A stretch of DNA of 64,000 nt from Spirochaetia bacterium (GTDB taxonomy: Bacteria > Spirochaetota > Spirochaetia > CADAEX01): the NCBI GenBank assembly GCA_963662265.2, contig CAXXHA010000014.1:1-64000 (forward strand), written 5' to 3'. The position numbers and the translations under genes are program-made. A model generated the notes under the pieces. It worked only from the letters and a program-made list of their open reading frames with translations. It did not search any database and was not told the DNA's origin. Of this stretch, positions 59,394 through 64,000 are shown one piece after another. Within the stretch, counting starts at the first letter, position 1. The number at the start of each line of letters is the position of its first letter.

Positions 59394-60596
59394 ATGTTTG
59401 AAAATATTATTGGACATGAAAGTACAGTAGAACAGATAAAAGATGAAATAATCAATGACAGATTTCCCGGATCATCAGTAATCACTGGTCCTGTTTTTAC
59501 CGGTAAACAGACTCTTGCTCTTGAAATTGCCCGTTCCCTTACATGCCTCAAAAACGGGGACTGGGGATGCATGTGCGAATCATGCAGGCTTCAGAGGACA
59601 CTCATTCATCCGGCAACACTACTGACAGGTTTTGACAGTTTTCTCCCTGAAATCAGAATGACTTCAGAGATCATGATCAAGAAAAAAGGGGAAACATTCA
59701 GCCGCTATCTTTTCATAAGAAGTGTGAGGAAACTTATAAAAAGATTTGACCCTGTTTTTACTGAAAGCAGCGATCAGAAAATAAAAAAAATAATTCCACT
59801 GATAAGGGAACTTGAAGATCTCTTATATATGATTTCACCTGAACAGGAAATACCTTTTGAAGAGTTATCAGCCAGGGCTGAAGAAATCAATGAAAAATGT
59901 TTGAAAATAACCAAAGAGATAAATATATCAGGCGTCTCAGTTGACCAGATAAGGAAGATTACTTTCTGGGTCCATACTACAGGGTATAAAGAGAAAAAGA
60001 TAATAATAATAGAAAACTGTGAAAAAATGAATGAAAGCGCACGGAATGCAATTTTGAAGGTGCTTGAAGAACCTCCTGAAGGTGTCTATTTCATATTTCT
60101 GACATCCAGGTACGGCGAAATTATTCCAACTATAAGGTCCCGACTGAGGAGATATGATCTTAAGGAAAGGTCATTTCAGGAAAGCCGTGATGTTATTGAG
60201 AAAATATTCAGGGAAAAACCAGGTATAGAGTTTTCACTGAATGATTTTTTTAATTCATGGTCTGCGGAACATGAGTTCATAAGGAAGTCGGCAAAGGAAT
60301 TCATTATTGATATAATTGACAGTGATAAAAAAAGCCTGAATATAAATTCCGATTTAAAGAAAATACTTAAAACAGCAGGCTCTGATAACCTCAAGGTATT
60401 TTTTGAATCAGTTCTTGAACAGCTGAGGCTTCTTATCAGCAACAACGATTTTATGTCTTCATCTCCCGAAATGTATCTGAAGGTGAAAAAAATGTCAGAG
60501 CTTGTAAATTCCGGTTTCAGGAATAATGAAATACTGAATATGAATCCGGAATTAATAATTGAAAACATTTTCATTAGGATGAGAAACAGGATATGA
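59394..60596 (+). CDS. DNA polymerase III delta-prime-like protein
   Basis: FENIIGH, GPVFTGK, C..C.CESC zinc motif, NAILKVLEEPP, TIRSR. Confidence 0.75.
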   Translation: MFENIIGHESTVEQIKDEIINDRFPGSSVITGPVFTGKQTLALEIARSLTCLKNGDWGCMCESCRLQRTLIHPATLLTGFDSFLPEIRMTSEIMIKKKGETFSRYLFIRSVRKLIKRFDPVFTESSDQKIKKIIPLIRELEDLLYMISPEQEIPFEELSARAEEINEKCLKITKEINISGVSVDQIRKITFWVHTTGYKEKKIIIIENCEKMNESARNAILKVLEEPPEGVYFIFLTSRYGEIIPTIRSRLRRYDLKERSFQESRDVIEKIFREKPGIEFSLNDFFNSWSAEHEFIRKSAKEFIIDIIDSDKKSLNINSDLKKILKTAGSDNLKVFFESVLEQLRLLISNNDFMSSSPEMYLKVKKMSELVNSGFRNNEILNMNPELIIENIFIRMRNRI

Positions 60597-61792
60597 GAAA
60601 TTTTATAAAACGGGCTGTTGAAAGAATCTCCAAGCTTGATCAGAACCAGATATTAAATCTGATTACTATACTGACTGATGAAAATGAACTCCTGGAAATT
60701 GTTCTGGATTCAATGACAGACGGTGTTATTGTTTCTGACAAGGAGGAAAACCTACTTTTTATCAACAAGGCTGCAAAAAGGCTTCTTCGAACACATTATC
60801 TCAATGAAAATGTTGAAAACAGCCTGTGGGATGCAGTCCCTGACAGGAAAATCAGGGAAATCCTTTCCGATTCCCTTAACAGCAATGATGATAAAACAGT
60901 GACAAACTATATAGACAACAATACCCAGGACTCAAAAATCCTTGAAATTACAACAGCTCCCCTTGTCAGGGAAAAATGCATTTACGGTAATATAATCATG
61001 ATCAAGGATATTACTGAGAAGAAAATAAGGGAAACAAAGCTGAGAAGGGCTGAAAGCCTTGCTTCCCTTACAACACTTGCCGCAGGTGTTGCACATGAAA
61101 TAAAGAACCCGCTGGGATCAATCAGTATTTATCTTCAGCTTATTGAAAAGCTTGTTTTAAAAAAAGAGGAAGATCCTGATACTGAGAAAATAATCGGGAA
61201 TATTTCAGTTATCAATGAAGAGGTTGAACGGCTCAACAAGATAGTAGTTGATTTCCTGTTTGCTGTTAGGCCGATTAATCTTGATCTTGAATATAATAAT
61301 CTTAATAAAATAGTGGATGAAACACTCGAGTTTATGAATGTGGAATTCGAGGAAGCGGGAATACAGGTTCATAAAAAACTGTCAGATGATGTTCCCGATA
61401 TTCTACTTGACAGCAGGTTTGTCAAGCAGGCTATTATAAATCTCCTCAAAAACGCGGAAGCTGCAATGAAGGACAGAAAAGGGGTTCTGAAAATAACTAC
61501 ATCGGTTAAAGACAGCAATGTTATGCTGGAAATCAGGGATAACGGATGCGGTATTCCTGACAGAATCATAGGCAGAATTTTTGAACCTTATTTCACTACA
61601 AAGGAATTCGGATCAGGTATAGGACTTACTCTTGTCTACAAGATTATCAAAGAGCATAAGGGTGATATCTCGATTGATTCTAAAGAGGGCAAGGGGACTT
61701 CATTTACATTGAGTTTTCCTGCACACAAGAAAGAGCAGAAATTATTAAGCTGGGAAGGGGGTAACAGTGGAATTTTCGATACTTGTTGCTGA
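60593..61792 (+). CDS. PAS sensor histidine kinase (Hk2-like)
   Basis: AHEIKNPL, NLLKNA, DNGCGI, FTTK, GSGIGL. Confidence 0.92.
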   Translation: MRNFIKRAVERISKLDQNQILNLITILTDENELLEIVLDSMTDGVIVSDKEENLLFINKAAKRLLRTHYLNENVENSLWDAVPDRKIREILSDSLNSNDDKTVTNYIDNNTQDSKILEITTAPLVREKCIYGNIIMIKDITEKKIRETKLRRAESLASLTTLAAGVAHEIKNPLGSISIYLQLIEKLVLKKEEDPDTEKIIGNISVINEEVERLNKIVVDFLFAVRPINLDLEYNNLNKIVDETLEFMNVEFEEAGIQVHKKLSDDVPDILLDSRFVKQAIINLLKNAEAAMKDRKGVLKITTSVKDSNVMLEIRDNGCGIPDRIIGRIFEPYFTTKEFGSGIGLTLVYKIIKEHKGDISIDSKEGKGTSFTLSFPAHKKEQKLLSWEGGNSGIFDTCC

Positions 61793-63116
61793 TGATGAGA
61801 AAAATATTCGGCTCGGCCTGGGACAGGCTCTTGAGGGGGAAGGTTATAATACTTTTCTTGCTGAAAACGGGTTGAAGGCTCTTGAGATAATAGAAAAGGA
61901 AAACATTGATATTGTCATAACAGACCTGAGAATGCCAGAAATGGCAGGAGAAGAGCTTCTAAAGCGGATATCCAGGGATTATAAAAATATACCGGTAATA
62001 ATACTCACAGGGCACGGGACTATTGAAAATGCTGTCCAGACAATGAGAGATGGTGCATATGATTTCATGACAAAGCCTCTGAACCTTGATCATCTCTTCC
62101 TGATTATTAAAAGAGCTCTGAAAAATAGGGAACTTGTGCTCAGCAATAAGGCGCTGCAGGAGGAAGTTGAGAAAATCAGAAACGACAAGCTGAAAATTGT
62201 CGGAAAGAGCAGCGCAATCAAGAAAGTCCTCGATACAGTGAAGCAGGTTGCATCAACAAGGGCATCTGTACTCATAACCGGTGAGAGCGGGGTTGGAAAA
62301 GAGGTTGTTGCGGATGTTATTCACAGTATATCAGACAGGAAGGATAAGCCTTTCATAAAAGTCCACTGTGCAGCCCTATCAGATACTCTGCTTGAAAGTG
62401 AGCTTTTCGGGCATGAAAAAGGAGCTTTCACAGGTGCGGTTGCAAGGAAGAGGGGCCGTTTCGAACTTGCTCATAAAGGTACTATATTTCTCGATGAAAT
62501 AGGGGAAATAAACCAGTCCACACAGATAAAACTGCTCAGGGTGCTTCAGGAAAGGACTTTTGAACGGGTTGGTGGAGAGGAGACAGTAAGTGTCGATGTA
62601 AGGATAATCTCAGCGACAAACAAGGATCTTGAAAAAGAGGTTGAAAAAGGAAATTTCAGGGAAGATCTTTATTACCGTCTCAATGTTGTGAAGCTTGATA
62701 TTCCCCCCTTGAGGGAAAGAAAAGATGATATCCCGCTTCTTGTTGCAACATTTCTGAAAGATTTTTCAAAGGAAAATAATAAAGTTATTGATGGAATCGA
62801 CCAGAAGGCTCAGTCTGCACTATATAATCACAACTGGAAGGGGAATATCAGGGAGCTGAGGAATTGTATTGAAAGCGCAGTAGTCATGACCCGGGAGAAT
62901 ATTATAACTTTTGATGATCTTCCGCTTTCTGTTAAAAATGACAGCTCATCAGGTTTTATTAATATCAAGACAGGCGCTACCATGGAAGAGGTTGAAAAAA
63001 TTGTTATACAGAGCACTTTAAGCAGTCTGAACGGAAACAAGAGCAGGACAGCCGAAGTGCTTGGTATTGGGAGAAAAACTCTTCACAGAAAGCTTAACGA
63101 GTATAATATCCAATAA
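61767..63116 (+). CDS. Sigma54-dependent response regulator (NtrC/Rrp2-like)
   Basis: Receiver domain, GESGVGKE, GAFTGA, GNIREL, Fis HTH. Confidence 0.95.
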   Translation: MEFSILVADDEKNIRLGLGQALEGEGYNTFLAENGLKALEIIEKENIDIVITDLRMPEMAGEELLKRISRDYKNIPVIILTGHGTIENAVQTMRDGAYDFMTKPLNLDHLFLIIKRALKNRELVLSNKALQEEVEKIRNDKLKIVGKSSAIKKVLDTVKQVASTRASVLITGESGVGKEVVADVIHSISDRKDKPFIKVHCAALSDTLLESELFGHEKGAFTGAVARKRGRFELAHKGTIFLDEIGEINQSTQIKLLRVLQERTFERVGGEETVSVDVRIISATNKDLEKEVEKGNFREDLYYRLNVVKLDIPPLRERKDDIPLLVATFLKDFSKENNKVIDGIDQKAQSALYNHNWKGNIRELRNCIESAVVMTRENIITFDDLPLSVKNDSSSGFINIKTGATMEEVEKIVIQSTLSSLNGNKSRTAEVLGIGRKTLHRKLNEYNIQ

Positions 63117-63156
63117 CATAACTAGAGCCTGAATAGTTTCCGGATAAGAATTATTT

Positions 63157-64000
63157 TTACATATTGCTTGCATTAACAAGATCAAAAAGATTATCTCTTC
63201 TCAGTTGTTTTTTCACCCAGTCTGATAAAGAGACACTGTCAAGGCTGCATTTTTTTAATAACTCATACCTTGTTCCGTGTGGTATGAACATATCTGGTAT
63301 TCCTCTGGTAAAACATTTTACATCTGTTATGTTTTCTGAAACAATCCTGTAAAGATATTCAGAAATTCCACCGAGGGATGCACAATCTTCAATTATGAAA
63401 ATATGGGAATATGAACTCCATTCTTCAGAAATATGCTTTTCATCCAGCGGTTTAATTGTTCTGATATTGTAAGTATCTGTATAAATTTTGGATTCTGATA
63501 ATAGTATTGATGCATTATATATCTCACTGTAAAGAGAGCCTGTTGAAACAAGCAGAATATCCGAGTCTTTGTTTTCTCCAAGACTTCCTGTTCCCGGGGT
63601 AAAATCGCTTTCAAGCCCGGGATATGACAGTGGACATTCTGCTTTTGGATACCTTATTACAACAGGTATATTTGTATTTAAGGAATATTCAAGCATTTTT
63701 TTAAGTTCAGTTTCACATGCAGGTGATAAAATCATTAATCCAGGGATTGATCTCAAAAGGGGAATGTCATAAATGCCCTGATGTGTCTCTCCGTCGCCCC
63801 CCACAAGGCCGGCTCTGTCAAGGATTATTGTGACAGGCAGACTGGAGAGGGCTGCATCATGAATTATCTGGTCTACCGCTCTCTGCATAAATGTTGAGTA
63901 TAATGCCACAACTGGTTTCATCCCTGATATTCCAAGGGTTGCGGCGAAAGTAACAGCATGCTGCTCTGCTATTCCCACATCAAAAAAACGGTCCGGGTAT
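63157..64000 (-). CDS. dxs: 1-deoxy-D-xylulose-5-phosphate synthase, C-terminal part (5' end outside window)
   Basis: DVGIAEQHAVT, YSTFMQRAVDQ, DRAGLVG.DG.THQG, IRYPK. Confidence 0.92.
   Translation of the reverse strand, partial: YPDRFFDVGIAEQHAVTFAATLGISGMKPVVALYSTFMQRAVDQIIHDAALSSLPVTIILDRAGLVGGDGETHQGIYDIPLLRSIPGLMILSPACETELKKMLEYSLNTNIPVVIRYPKAECPLSYPGLESDFTPGTGSLGENKDSDILLVSTGSLYSEIYNASILLSESKIYTDTYNIRTIKPLDEKHISEEWSSYSHIFIIEDCASLGGISEYLYRIVSENITDVKCFTRGIPDMFIPHGTRYELLKKCSLDSVSLSDWVKKQLRRDNLFDLVNASNM

Noticed and set aside
57792-63116. murG-cvpA-holB-like-HK-RR cluster as a novel system
   Set aside because: Matches the known conserved spirochaete hk2-rrp2 neighbourhood

Overview
AT-rich bacterial genomic window, most likely from a spirochaete (murG-cvpA-holB-like-HK-sigma54 RR block, spirochaete-type integrase, BspA-like and PilZ-like proteins). 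Positions 1-~17981 are the right-hand part of an integrative element. It carries a tyrosine integrase, a divergent XRE repressor/excisionase switch, a phage-type replication initiator with iteron-like repeats, a class III Fic, an IS481 scar, a type I RM system and an ABC-three-component/Lamassu-like defence operon, and ends at a tRNA 3'-end fragment (att site). The standout observation is in the Lamassu-like operon. Its LmuA-like protein has no enzymatic effector domain. Instead its N-terminal 25 residues closely match (13/25 identical, 11 of these 13 on different codons) the C-terminal 25 residues of a small 2-TM protein encoded immediately upstream. This receptor-N-terminus/effector-C-terminus shared-motif layout is the hallmark of amyloid (prion-like) signalling pairs, here apparently wired to an SMC-like DNA sensor. 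The rest of the window has a GlpP-antiterminated glycerophosphodiester operon, a structured IS200/IS605-end-like repeat, surface proteins, a TPP-riboswitch thiamine ABC transporter and core housekeeping genes. All calls are from motif recognition only; no database searches were run.
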